This document shows, in pieces, positions 16,964 to 24,365 of a stretch of DNA of 64,000 bases. The notes beneath the pieces were generated by a model that saw only the letters and a list, made by a program, of their open reading frames with translations, searched no databases and had not been told where the DNA came from. A program made the translations under genes and the position numbers. Origin of the DNA: Dehalococcoidia bacterium (GTDB lineage Bacteria > Chloroflexota > Dehalococcoidia > SM23-28-2 > RBG-16-64-32); the NCBI GenBank assembly GCA_030649945.1, contig JAUSFE010000083.1, positions 5,194 through 69,193 on the forward strand, in the 5' to 3' direction. Position 1 is the stretch's first letter. Each line of letters starts with the position of its first letter.

Positions 16964-17308
16964 CTGCAGGCCGAAGAGCTGGCGCGCAAGATAATAGAGG
17001 TTCTTTCCGATAAGCAGGCGGAGGACATCCTGTTGCTGGACATCCGCGAGGTGGCGTCCTTCGCCGATTACTTTGTGATCGCCAGCGCGCCCACGGTCCG
17101 TCAGACGCAGGCGCTGCTGGAGGCGGTGGACGAGACGCTGGGACAGGAGCACGTGCAGCCGATGGGCCACGAGGGGGAGGCGGAATCCGGGTGGGTGCTG
17201 CTGGATTACGGCGACGTGATCGTGCATCTGTTCTCGCCGGCAGAGCGGGCGTACTACGACCTGGAAGGGTTGTGGAGCGCGGCGGCGCCGGTGGTGCGGA
17301 TCCAGTAA
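16964..17308 (+). CDS. rsfS: ribosome silencing factor RsfS
   Basis: EELARKIIEVLSDKQAEDILLLDIREVASFADYFVIASA...GWVLLDYGDVIVHLF. Homology begins upstream of the first TTG (17033). Start is unresolved (CTG 16964 after GGAGGA?). Confidence 0.8.
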   Translation: MQAEELARKIIEVLSDKQAEDILLLDIREVASFADYFVIASAPTVRQTQALLEAVDETLGQEHVQPMGHEGEAESGWVLLDYGDVIVHLFSPAERAYYDLEGLWSAAAPVVRIQ

Positions 17309-17345
17309 CGGCGCGCTTGGGCGCGCGCAAGGGGCGCCCCTCCAG

Positions 17346-17444
17346 TTGCCCGCACCACCCCGGTGTCAGGCTGAAGCCTGCCCCCCCGGTTGCGGTTGCC
17401 CGCCCGCGGCACCCCGGTGTCAGGCTGAAGCCTGCCCCCCCGGT
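17346..17444. repeat. Two direct copies of CACCCCGGTGTCAGGCTGAAGCCTGCCCCCCCGGT, each with a CAGGC-TGAA-GCCTG hairpin
   Basis: Copies centred near 17372 and 17426 (period 54) in the convergent spacer between rsfS and the LonC-like gene. Possibly bidirectional terminators. Confidence 0.85.
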
Positions 17445-17455
17445 GCTGCGGAGCC

Positions 17456-19945
17456 CTACGGCGTCTTCTCTTCGTTCGTCCCGTTTTCTTCCGGCTTGTC
17501 GGGGGTGGCGCCGTCGCGAGGGCGGCGGCCGAAGTGGCGCATGGCCTCGCCCATCTCGCGCAGGCGGGCGTCCACGCGGGCGTTGATGCTGCCCTCCGGG
17601 TAGGCGCCGTCCGGCCCGCGCTCGCCGGCGGGCGTGCCGGTGAGGAGTTCGATGGCCTCGTCCACGCTGTTCACCGCATAGACGTGGAAGTCCCCGCGCG
17701 CCACGGAATCCAGGACGTCCTTCCGCAGCATCAGGTTGCTGCGGTTGCGCGCGGGAATGACGATGCCGTGGCGGCCGCTGAAGCCGAAGGCCTGGCAGAC
17801 GTCGTGGAAGCCCTCGGCCTTCTGGTTCAGCCCGCCGATGGGCTGCACCTCGCCCTTCTGGTTCACGGAGCCGGTGAGGGCCAGGTCCTGACGGATGGGC
17901 GCATCGGCCAGGCTGGAGAGGATGGCGCAGAGTTCCGCCAGGGAGGCGCTGTCGCCGTCCACGGCCTCGTATCCCTGCTCGAAGGAGATGCTGGCGGAGA
18001 GGGAGAGCGGCTTGTCCTGGGCGTACTTCCAGCCGAGGTAGCCGCTGAGGATGAGGACTCCCTTATCGTGGAGCTTGCCGCTGAGTTGCGATTCGCGGTC
18101 TATGCTGGCGACGCCGCGCTGTCCCAGGAACGTGCGCGCCGTGATGCGGGAGGGCCGGCCAAAGCTGAAGTCGCCGAGGTCCAGGACCGAGAGGCCGTTG
18201 ACCTGACCCACGACGGCGCCCTCGGTATCGACGATGATCGTGCCGCGGGTGATCATCTCGCGGATGCGCTCCTCGACGAGGTTGAGGCGGTAGGTACGCT
18301 CGCTGACGGCCTGCTCCACGTGCGCCGCGGTCACCAGATCGCTGCCGGCGGCGCGGGCCCAGTAGTCGGCCTCGACGACGACGTCGCGCAGGCGGCCGAA
18401 GCGGGCGGAGAGCTTCTCCTGGTCGTCCACCATGCGGCTGCCGTGGTCGATGAGGCGGGCGACGCCGGTGCGGTCAAAGTGGCGCAGGCCCTCGCGCTGG
18501 CAGCAGGCGCAGATGAAGCCGGCGTAGGCCAGCGCGTTCTCCGGGGTGCGCGGGATCTGGTAGTCGAAGTCCGCCTTGACCTTGAACATCTCCCAGAACT
18601 CCTCGTCGTAGGCGGAGAGGAGGAAGTAGGCCATGGGGTCGCCGGTAATGACGAGCTTGGCGTCCACGGGGATGGGTTCCGGGCGCAGGGTCTGGGGCGT
18701 CAGGTAGCCGTACTGCTCCATGGGATCCTCCAGGCGGACCTCTTTGGTGCGGATCAGCCGCTTCAGGCCGTCCCAGGCGCCGGGCTTGGTCATGACGTCC
18801 ACGAGGTTCAGGATGAGGTAGCCGCCGTTGGCCCGCTGCACGGAGCCGGGCTTGAGCATGGTGTGGTCGCTAACGTAGGTGCCCAGGTAGGCGCGCCTCT
18901 CGATGCGGCCGAAGAGGTTTGTCCAGCCCGGATTGACCTCGACGATGATGGGCGGGCCCTCCGTCGCGGAGTTGTCCACGAAGACGTTGCAGCGGAAGGC
19001 GGCGAAGGGGTCGATCTGGACCGAGGGCATCAGGCCGGGCAAGACGCCTTCGCGCTGGCTGCCGTCGTGCTCGCGGATAAGGTCGGCGCCGGCCAGCGTG
19101 TACTCGTGCAACTGCTGGAGGAAGCGCAGGACCGTGCCGTCATCCTGGTAGGCGGCCATGATGCGGTCGAATGACCCCTTCATGATGGCTTCGGCGATGC
19201 GGCGGTCCAGGAGGCGCAACGCCTCGGCCACCTCGCGCTCGATGCCGCGCAGCTTCTCGCCGGCCTCGTTCACCAGCTCGGCGATGGGCTGCTCGCGTTC
19301 GGCGATGCGGCGGCGCTCCTCCACGCTGAGGGCGGCGAACTCGCCCGGTTCCATAGGGCGGCCCTCCAGCATGGGCACGAGGTTGACGCCGGTGGGCGCG
19401 AAGCGCAGCCAGAAGCCCGCTTCCTGGGCCTTTTTCTGCGCCTCTTCCATCAGGGGCTGGGCCTCCTGCTGGCCTTTTTCGAACACCGCGCGCTTCTGGT
19501 GTTCGTACTCCTCGCTGCTGAAGGCGCGTGTGAGGTTGCCGCGGACAGAGGCCAGCAGCTCATCCAGGTGTTCGCGCAGGCGGCGGCCGCCGCCGGGGGC
19601 CATGCTGATGGCGCGCGGGCGGTCCGGGTCCTCAAAGTTGTAGACGTAGCACCAATCGTCCGGACGCTTCAGCTCGCCGGTCTTGCGCCGTTCCTCCACC
19701 TCGCGGCGGATGTAGTCCAGGATGGCCGTCGCCTTCCCGGTACCGGTGAGGCCGGTGACGAAGATGTTGTAGCCGGCCTTGTCCATGTTCAGCCCGAACT
19801 GCAGCGCCCGCAGCGCCCTGCCCTGCCCCACGAACTCCGTCAGCGGCGAAAGCTCATCGGTGCACTCAAACGGGAAGGCGGCGGCGTCGTGGGCGCGGTG
19901 CAGGGCTTCCAGGGGAAGGCGTAGCTTGTCGGCCTGGTTGACCAC
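17456..19945 (-). CDS. Lon-related protease (LonC-like: AAA-like domain with insertion plus S16 protease domain)
   Basis: 829 aa. FVGQGRALRALQFGL...NIFVTGLTGTGKAT, with a C-terminal Lon protease-like region (SASLAELCAILSSLA...TGSVNQKGEVQPIGG). Confidence 0.8.
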   Translation of the reverse strand: MVNQADKLRLPLEALHRAHDAAAFPFECTDELSPLTEFVGQGRALRALQFGLNMDKAGYNIFVTGLTGTGKATAILDYIRREVEERRKTGELKRPDDWCYVYNFEDPDRPRAISMAPGGGRRLREHLDELLASVRGNLTRAFSSEEYEHQKRAVFEKGQQEAQPLMEEAQKKAQEAGFWLRFAPTGVNLVPMLEGRPMEPGEFAALSVEERRRIAEREQPIAELVNEAGEKLRGIEREVAEALRLLDRRIAEAIMKGSFDRIMAAYQDDGTVLRFLQQLHEYTLAGADLIREHDGSQREGVLPGLMPSVQIDPFAAFRCNVFVDNSATEGPPIIVEVNPGWTNLFGRIERRAYLGTYVSDHTMLKPGSVQRANGGYLILNLVDVMTKPGAWDGLKRLIRTKEVRLEDPMEQYGYLTPQTLRPEPIPVDAKLVITGDPMAYFLLSAYDEEFWEMFKVKADFDYQIPRTPENALAYAGFICACCQREGLRHFDRTGVARLIDHGSRMVDDQEKLSARFGRLRDVVVEADYWARAAGSDLVTAAHVEQAVSERTYRLNLVEERIREMITRGTIIVDTEGAVVGQVNGLSVLDLGDFSFGRPSRITARTFLGQRGVASIDRESQLSGKLHDKGVLILSGYLGWKYAQDKPLSLSASISFEQGYEAVDGDSASLAELCAILSSLADAPIRQDLALTGSVNQKGEVQPIGGLNQKAEGFHDVCQAFGFSGRHGIVIPARNRSNLMLRKDVLDSVARGDFHVYAVNSVDEAIELLTGTPAGERGPDGAYPEGSINARVDARLREMGEAMRHFGRRPRDGATPDKPEENGTNEEKTP

Positions 19946-19957
19946 TGGACGAAGGGG

Positions 19958-20416
19958 CTAGGCGGGCTTCTCGAAGATCCAGCGGTCGCTGTCGCGCTGG
20001 TAGGAGTGGATCTCGGACGGCGGGAAGAAGAGCGTTATCTCGCGCTGCGCAGACTCCTGGGAGTCCGAGCCGTGGATCAGGTTGCGGCCCATCTCGAGGG
20101 CGAGATCGCCGCGGATGGTGCCCGGGCCGGCGTTCGCGGGGTCTGTGGCGCCCATGGTCTTGCGCACCGTGTCCACGGCGCCGGTGCCCTCGAACACGGC
20201 GGCGACGAGGGGGCCGGCAGTGATGTAAGAGATGAGCCCCTGGAAGAAGGGCTTGCCCTCGTGCTCGGCGTAGTGGCGCCGGGCCAGCGCCTCGTCCATC
20301 TGGAAGAGGCGCAGGGCCGCGATGCGCAGGCCGCGCCGCTCCAATCGCGAGATGATTTCGCCGGCCAGGCTGCGCTGCAACGCGTCCGGCTTGATGAGGA
20401 CAAGAGTGCGTTCCAT
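19958..20416 (-). CDS. ndk: nucleoside diphosphate kinase
   Basis: [15 protein letters not shown]...NLIHGSDS. 152 aa from ATG 20416. Confidence 0.95.
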   Translation of the reverse strand: MERTLVLIKPDALQRSLAGEIISRLERRGLRIAALRLFQMDEALARRHYAEHEGKPFFQGLISYITAGPLVAAVFEGTGAVDTVRKTMGATDPANAGPGTIRGDLALEMGRNLIHGSDSQESAQREITLFFPPSEIHSYQRDSDRWIFEKPA

Positions 20417-20444
20417 ACCTGGCGCAATTGTAGCACCCGGCCCC

Positions 20445-21122
20445 TTAAGTGCGAGGCTGCTGGGGGCCGATGGCGGGCGGGCGCAGGTAGAGCGGCCGCA
20501 GCGACCCGGCGTCCTGCGGCCCGCGCTCCGCCAGGCGCGCGTGCGCGAGCTCCGCCAGGGCGGCGGCCCGGCGCAGGGATGCGGCGGGCGCGGCGATGAC
20601 CGCCCCACCTGGTGCGAACTCCCGCAGCAGGGTGGCCAGCTCCTCATCGATCTCGCCCACAAACAGCGTCCGCTCCCGCGTCCCGGACGCCAGTTCCGGC
20701 GCAGCCGAGAGGCGCGGCGCGCTCAGCTCCCGCCAGGGGTCGCCCGCATAGGCGGCCCAGGCCAGCTCCCCGCGGCCGGCACGGTGGATGGCGACGATGG
20801 GGCCGGGAAAGGCTGCGTGGGCGTGGGCGTCCAGCTCCAGCCGGCCCACGCCGAGAATTGGGATGGCGAGGGCGTAGGCGAGGCCCTTGGCGACGCTGAC
20901 GCCGACGCGCAGGCCGGTGTACATGCCGGGGCCGGTGCAGACGAACACGGCGGAGAGGTCCTCCTTCGCGGCGCCGGCCTGGGCCAGCAGCTTCTCGATG
21001 GTGGGGAGCAGCTCCACCGTGTGGTTGCGGTGGCAGCGCCAGGTGATCTCGGCGGCGAGTTGCCCATCCTGGGACAGGGCGACGGAGGCGAGGCCGGAGG
21101 CGGTGTCGATGGAGAGCTCCAT
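20445..21122 (-). CDS. tsaB: tRNA t6A biosynthesis protein TsaB
   Basis: [20 protein letters not shown]...[23 protein letters not shown]. Confidence 0.85.
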   Translation of the reverse strand: MELSIDTASGLASVALSQDGQLAAEITWRCHRNHTVELLPTIEKLLAQAGAAKEDLSAVFVCTGPGMYTGLRVGVSVAKGLAYALAIPILGVGRLELDAHAHAAFPGPIVAIHRAGRGELAWAAYAGDPWRELSAPRLSAAPELASGTRERTLFVGEIDEELATLLREFAPGGAVIAAPAASLRRAAALAELAHARLAERGPQDAGSLRPLYLRPPAIGPQQPRT

Positions 21123-21126
21123 ACCG

Positions 21127-21555
21127 TTATGGACCTGACCCGTTGGCGCTGCCTAGAGGCAAGAGCCGTACGAGATACCTACCGTAGTAGAGAGCGAGGG
21201 CCAACGTGAGGGCGTCGAAAGCAAGTGCCATGTAGGGATTCCCCGTCAGAAAGTAGAAGAACATCCCCATCGAGCCTGGAATCAGGGCGAAAGCTATGGA
21301 AAGGACGAGGAGATGCCGGGCGGGAGCGTTTCTTTGGTACACCAAACGCAGGACCCGCACATTCATCGGCACGGCGACTGCTGCGTATGTGAAGGCGGCG
21401 GCGAAGAGAAGCCAGGACACAACTCCACCCACAACCCCACTGACTTCGTAGCGAGTCTCGAGAAAACCCATCTGTGGTGCTCCCAACCAGATGAAAACGG
21501 CTGCGTAGCACGCACAAACCGAGTAGTAGATGATCATGTAACGCCCGACAGGCAC
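21127..21555 (-). CDS. hypothetical multi-pass membrane protein (lower GC)
   Basis: 142 aa with four hydrophobic segments. 32/60 GC at 21241-21300. It is packed between tsaE and tsaB with 1-nt and 4-nt junctions. Confidence 0.5.
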   Translation of the reverse strand: MPVGRYMIIYYSVCACYAAVFIWLGAPQMGFLETRYEVSGVVGGVVSWLLFAAAFTYAAVAVPMNVRVLRLVYQRNAPARHLLVLSIAFALIPGSMGMFFYFLTGNPYMALAFDALTLALALYYGRYLVRLLPLGSANGSGP

Positions 21556-22040
21556 TAGACACCTCGATGCCGTGTGGCAAGGTGTTGAGTTATGCTATTT
21601 AGGAGATCCCTGGCCCGCTCGCCTCTGGCCTCCAGCCGCAACATCCGGCTGTTCTCCCCCGTCACCTGGAACTGCACCCACAGGTGCTCCTGAGGCAGGA
21701 CGTACTCCGCCCGCTCCGGCCACTCCACCGCGAGCGCGCCGTCCGCGCAGACCTCCTCCAGGGCCAGATCCTGCGCCTGCTCCGGCGTGTCCAGGCGGTA
21801 GAGGTCGGCGTGGTAGAGCTTGACGCGGCCGGCGTACTCGCCGAGGAGGACGAAGGACTTGGAGGAGACGGGGCCCTCGAAGCCCAGGCCCCGCGCGAGC
21901 CCCTGGACGAAGACGGTCTTGCCTGCGCCCAGCTCGCCGGCGAGCAGGACCACGTCGCCGGGCCGCAGCGCCGCGCCCAGCCGTTGGCCCAGGCGGCGCG
22001 TCTCGTCCGGGCTCTGGGATACGAGCCGAGCGTCGCTCAT
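21555..22040 (-). CDS. tsaE: tRNA t6A biosynthesis ATPase TsaE
   Basis: LRPGDVVLLAGELGAGKTVFVQGLARGLG...LYHADLYRL. ATG 22040 overlaps the thiL stop (ATGA). Confidence 0.85.
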   Translation of the reverse strand: MSDARLVSQSPDETRRLGQRLGAALRPGDVVLLAGELGAGKTVFVQGLARGLGFEGPVSSKSFVLLGEYAGRVKLYHADLYRLDTPEQAQDLALEEVCADGALAVEWPERAEYVLPQEHLWVQFQVTGENSRMLRLEARGERARDLLNSITQHLATRHRGV

Positions 22041-23026
22041 GGCCGCCGGAGCTGGTCCCAGCCGAGGGCCGGAAGGTGTATCGCGCCGCCGGCTTCGTCC
22101 AGCAGGCGGGGCGCCCGGCTCTCGCTCTCCCGCATCTCGCCGATGATGGTGACGGGCGTATCGGACTGCGCCCGCAGTTGCTGGATGCGCTCGGCGGGGC
22201 CGGCGAGTACGAGCTGGTAGTCCTCGCCGCCGCTGCAGGCCAGCGCCAGGGCGTCGTCCGGATAGGCTTCGCGCAGAGCGGGGCTGAGCGGGACGTTCGG
22301 GGCGCAGATATCGGCACCGAGGCCGGACCTCTCGCAGATGTGGCCGATATCCTGCAACAGGCCGTCCGAGACATCGATGGCGCAGACGATGCCCAGAGCG
22401 GCCGCCCGCTGCCCCACGCCCAGGGGCGGCCGCGGGCGCAGGTGGGCGCGGGCGAGGGGGCCGTCCGGGGGTGCTCCCTCCCGCAGGCGGCGGAGGGCGG
22501 CGGCGGCATCGCCAAGGGTGCCGGTGACAGCGATGGCGTCGCCGGGGCGGGCGGCGTCGCGGCGCAGCAGGAGCGGCCGGCCCTCGCGTTCCCCGGCGCG
22601 GCCCAGCAGGGCGACGGTGACGGCGACCTGCGGCGCCTGCACGACGTCGCCGCCAGCAATGGCGACGGCGTACTCGCGGGCGCACTCACGGAGGCCGGCG
22701 TATAGCTGGTCGATGGCGGCGACGGGCGTGTCCGTGGGGAGGGCGAGCGTGACCAGGGCGAAGAGGGGCGTGCCACCCATGGCCGCGACATCGCTGATGT
22801 TGACGGCGAGCGCCTTCCAGCCGATGTCCGCCCAGGGGGCGGCGGCGGGGAGGAAGTGCACGCCCTCGACCATCGTGTCGGTGGTGGCGAGCAGGCAGCC
22901 GCCGGTGAAACGCCAGACGGCGGCGTCGTCGCCGATGCCGAGAATCAGCTCTGGAGGCGCGTTATCGCCGAGAGCGGCCGCCAGGCGGGCGATGAGGCCG
23001 AACTCGCCGAGGTCTGATACCTTCAC
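22037..23026 (-). CDS. thiL: thiamine-monophosphate kinase
   Basis: VKVSDLGEFGLIARL...GDDAAV...DTMVEGVHF. GTG 23026 was chosen because homologs start at the xxLGEFGLI motif. Confidence 0.85.
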   Translation of the reverse strand: MKVSDLGEFGLIARLAAALGDNAPPELILGIGDDAAVWRFTGGCLLATTDTMVEGVHFLPAAAPWADIGWKALAVNISDVAAMGGTPLFALVTLALPTDTPVAAIDQLYAGLRECAREYAVAIAGGDVVQAPQVAVTVALLGRAGEREGRPLLLRRDAARPGDAIAVTGTLGDAAAALRRLREGAPPDGPLARAHLRPRPPLGVGQRAAALGIVCAIDVSDGLLQDIGHICERSGLGADICAPNVPLSPALREAYPDDALALACSGGEDYQLVLAGPAERIQQLRAQSDTPVTIIGEMRESESRAPRLLDEAGGAIHLPALGWDQLRRP

Positions 23027-23046
23027 GGGGCCATTATATGCGGGCG
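23006..23046. repeat. 41-bp direct repeat, left copy (thiL codons 1-7 plus 20 nt upstream)
   Basis: GCCGAGGTCTGATACCTTCACGGGGCCATTATATGCGGGCG, identical at 24294-24334. Confidence 0.95.
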
Positions 23047-23075
23047 GCTCTTTGGTCCCCAATCGCGACAGGCGG

Positions 23076-23329
23076 CTACTGCTCAGCTCCAAAGAGTTCT
23101 GCGGCCAGCTGTTCCTTTTCCGTCTCCAGATAGAGCGCTACGTCCGCCAGCATACTGCTCAGGGTTCCGACGCGCAGGCTCGATGAAGAGGAACAGTCAC
23201 ATGATGCTCGTTGCCTTTGGCCGTGGAGGTCAGACGGGCGTGGCTACCCGTTTGGCGCGTGATCTCGTATCCGTGCCGACGCAGGAGAGAGGCGAATGCC
23301 GCGCCCGACAGGTCTCGCGGCAGCTTCAA
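23076..23329 (-). pseudogene. hicA: HicA-family toxin gene with an apparent 1-nt frameshift
   Basis: TTG 23329 overlaps the hicB stop. Frame A gives KLPRDLSGAAFASLLRRHGYEITRQTGSHARLTSTAKGNEHHVTVPLHR and then a stop at 23159-23161. Frame B from about 23180 gives SLRVGTLSSMLADVALYLETEKEQLAAELFGAEQ*. The span is 254 nt, not a multiple of 3. Confidence 0.6.
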
Positions 23330-23538
23330 ACAGGGATAACCTCATCCCGCACCAGGTGCAGACGGATCAGGCGTGGCCTCGAATCCTCGCTGAAGTGGCA
23401 GCGCACCGCATCCAGGACCATCTCCCTCAGCTCATCGAGCGTGTCCGCCTGTGTATATATCGAATAGCCCAAGGCGCGGGCCTCGTATCCACCCTCTGGG
23501 GACTCCGAAACGTCGAATATGATCTCGCTCTGCACCAT
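23326..23538 (-). CDS. hicB: HicB-like antitoxin (UPF0150 type, 70 aa)
   Basis: MVQSEIIFDVSESPEGGYEARALGYSIYTQADTLDELREMVLDAVRCHF. AGGAGG lies before the ATG. Confidence 0.7.
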   Translation of the reverse strand: MVQSEIIFDVSESPEGGYEARALGYSIYTQADTLDELREMVLDAVRCHFSEDSRPRLIRLHLVRDEVIPV

Positions 23539-23583
23539 ATGCCGCCTCCTGGCGACGAAGGCGATGTCAACGCCGCCAATAAC

Positions 23584-24276
23584 TTACCGCTTGAACTCAG
23601 ACTCGAAATCACGGAGGGTCTTGGCAACCTGAGAAATCAGTTGCTCAAGGTGTTCAATGACAGGCGTACCATCGCTGAACGTTATGCCGATGGAAATCTC
23701 TCGCTCCATCTCCACTTCCTTGCCGGCCAGGATTGCTTCTGTGCTACCTGGAGACGGCGTGACCATTACGGGGCGAGAGACTGTCGTGAGGGTCTCGTGT
23801 TTGTCGGGGTTGGAGTACGTGGTGAGCCACTTCGTCCACTGGCATCCCTTATACGGTTGCAGTCGCTCGATGGCTGCGATGTGTTCGCCGCTGAGGTTGC
23901 CGCGCAAGTTGTACCTTTTGAGCAGCTTCTTGAACTCTTCTTCGCAATCTGCGACAGGAAACTGTGTGCGGCCTACGTTGCCCTTGGCATCAAAGCAGGT
24001 CAACTCATAGACCAAATAATCCAGGGCGATGCGCAAGTGCTGGATGACCTCCCCGATGAGCCTACTCACCTTAAGCGGGGCCGGACGCACTTGAGTAGTG
24101 AAGCTGCCTCTGACCACCCTTTGTTGACGGCCATCCAGGATAATCGTTTCTGGCCTGCGCTCGTAGGCAATGCCACGACGTATGTCGGCTCGGAAAGCCT
24201 CGATTTCGGGTTTCAGTTCATCTAGGCGTTCGCGTGCCCCATTGACCCTCTCATAAGCGCTATCCAATCCGTGCAT
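23584..24276 (-). CDS. hypothetical protein (230 aa, no family assigned)
   Basis: Clean ORF with non-repetitive composition in the low-GC islet. Contains LIGEVIQHLRIALDYLVYEL and YSNPDKHETL. Confidence 0.6.
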   Translation of the reverse strand: MHGLDSAYERVNGARERLDELKPEIEAFRADIRRGIAYERRPETIILDGRQQRVVRGSFTTQVRPAPLKVSRLIGEVIQHLRIALDYLVYELTCFDAKGNVGRTQFPVADCEEEFKKLLKRYNLRGNLSGEHIAAIERLQPYKGCQWTKWLTTYSNPDKHETLTTVSRPVMVTPSPGSTEAILAGKEVEMEREISIGITFSDGTPVIEHLEQLISQVAKTLRDFESEFKR

Positions 24277-24293
24277 GATGCATACTCAAGTTA

Positions 24294-24334
24294 GCCGAGG
24301 TCTGATACCTTCACGGGGCCATTATATGCGGGCG
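24294..24334. repeat. 41-bp direct repeat, right copy (orphan thiL start)
   Basis: Identical to 23006-23046. On the minus strand it reads VKVSDLG followed by a stop. Confidence 0.95.
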
Positions 24335-24365
24335 CAACCAGGGTCCGGTTTCGTATACTCGCTTC

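Larger units (their letters stand above)
23047..24293. mobile_element. 1.25 kb inserted islet (hicBA-like pair plus a 230-aa unknown) bounded by 41-bp direct repeats
   Basis: Perfect 41-bp duplication at both ends. 29/60 GC at 23641-23700. No recombinase lies inside. Confidence 0.5.

Noticed and set aside
15767-17227. 486-aa version of the mnmA ORF
   Set aside because: Homology to MnmA begins at the PP-loop (VVVAMSGGVDSS), just after ATG 16864/16852. The upstream extension overlaps rsfS on the other strand.
17534-19174. 546-aa ORF antisense to the LonC-like gene; similarly 30612-33206 (+) against lon, 34307-36904 (+) against gyrA, 43503-45140 (+), 50951-52282 (+) and 55734-56900 (+)
   Set aside because: All overlap well-supported genes on the opposite strand and translate to low-complexity Ala/Gly/Arg/Val-rich sequence.
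21555-22685. 376-aa version of the tsaE ORF starting at 22685 (and the 398-aa ORF at 21595-22791)
   Set aside because: The extra roughly 215 N-terminal residues are Arg/Pro-rich, overlap thiL, and precede a perfect TsaE N-terminus at ATG 22040, which overlaps the thiL stop.
23027-23075. TPP riboswitch upstream of thiL
   Set aside because: Only about 50 nt separate thiL from hicA. I could not see the conserved CUGAGA / ACCUGAUCUGGAUAAUGCCAGCG-type elements there or in the orphan copy at 24294-24365.
22037-23092. ATG 23092 as the thiL start
   Set aside because: It would add 22 non-conserved residues, overlap the hicA 3' end and cross the islet boundary. GTG 23026 gives the conserved xxLGEFGLI N-terminus and is duplicated in the 41-bp repeat.
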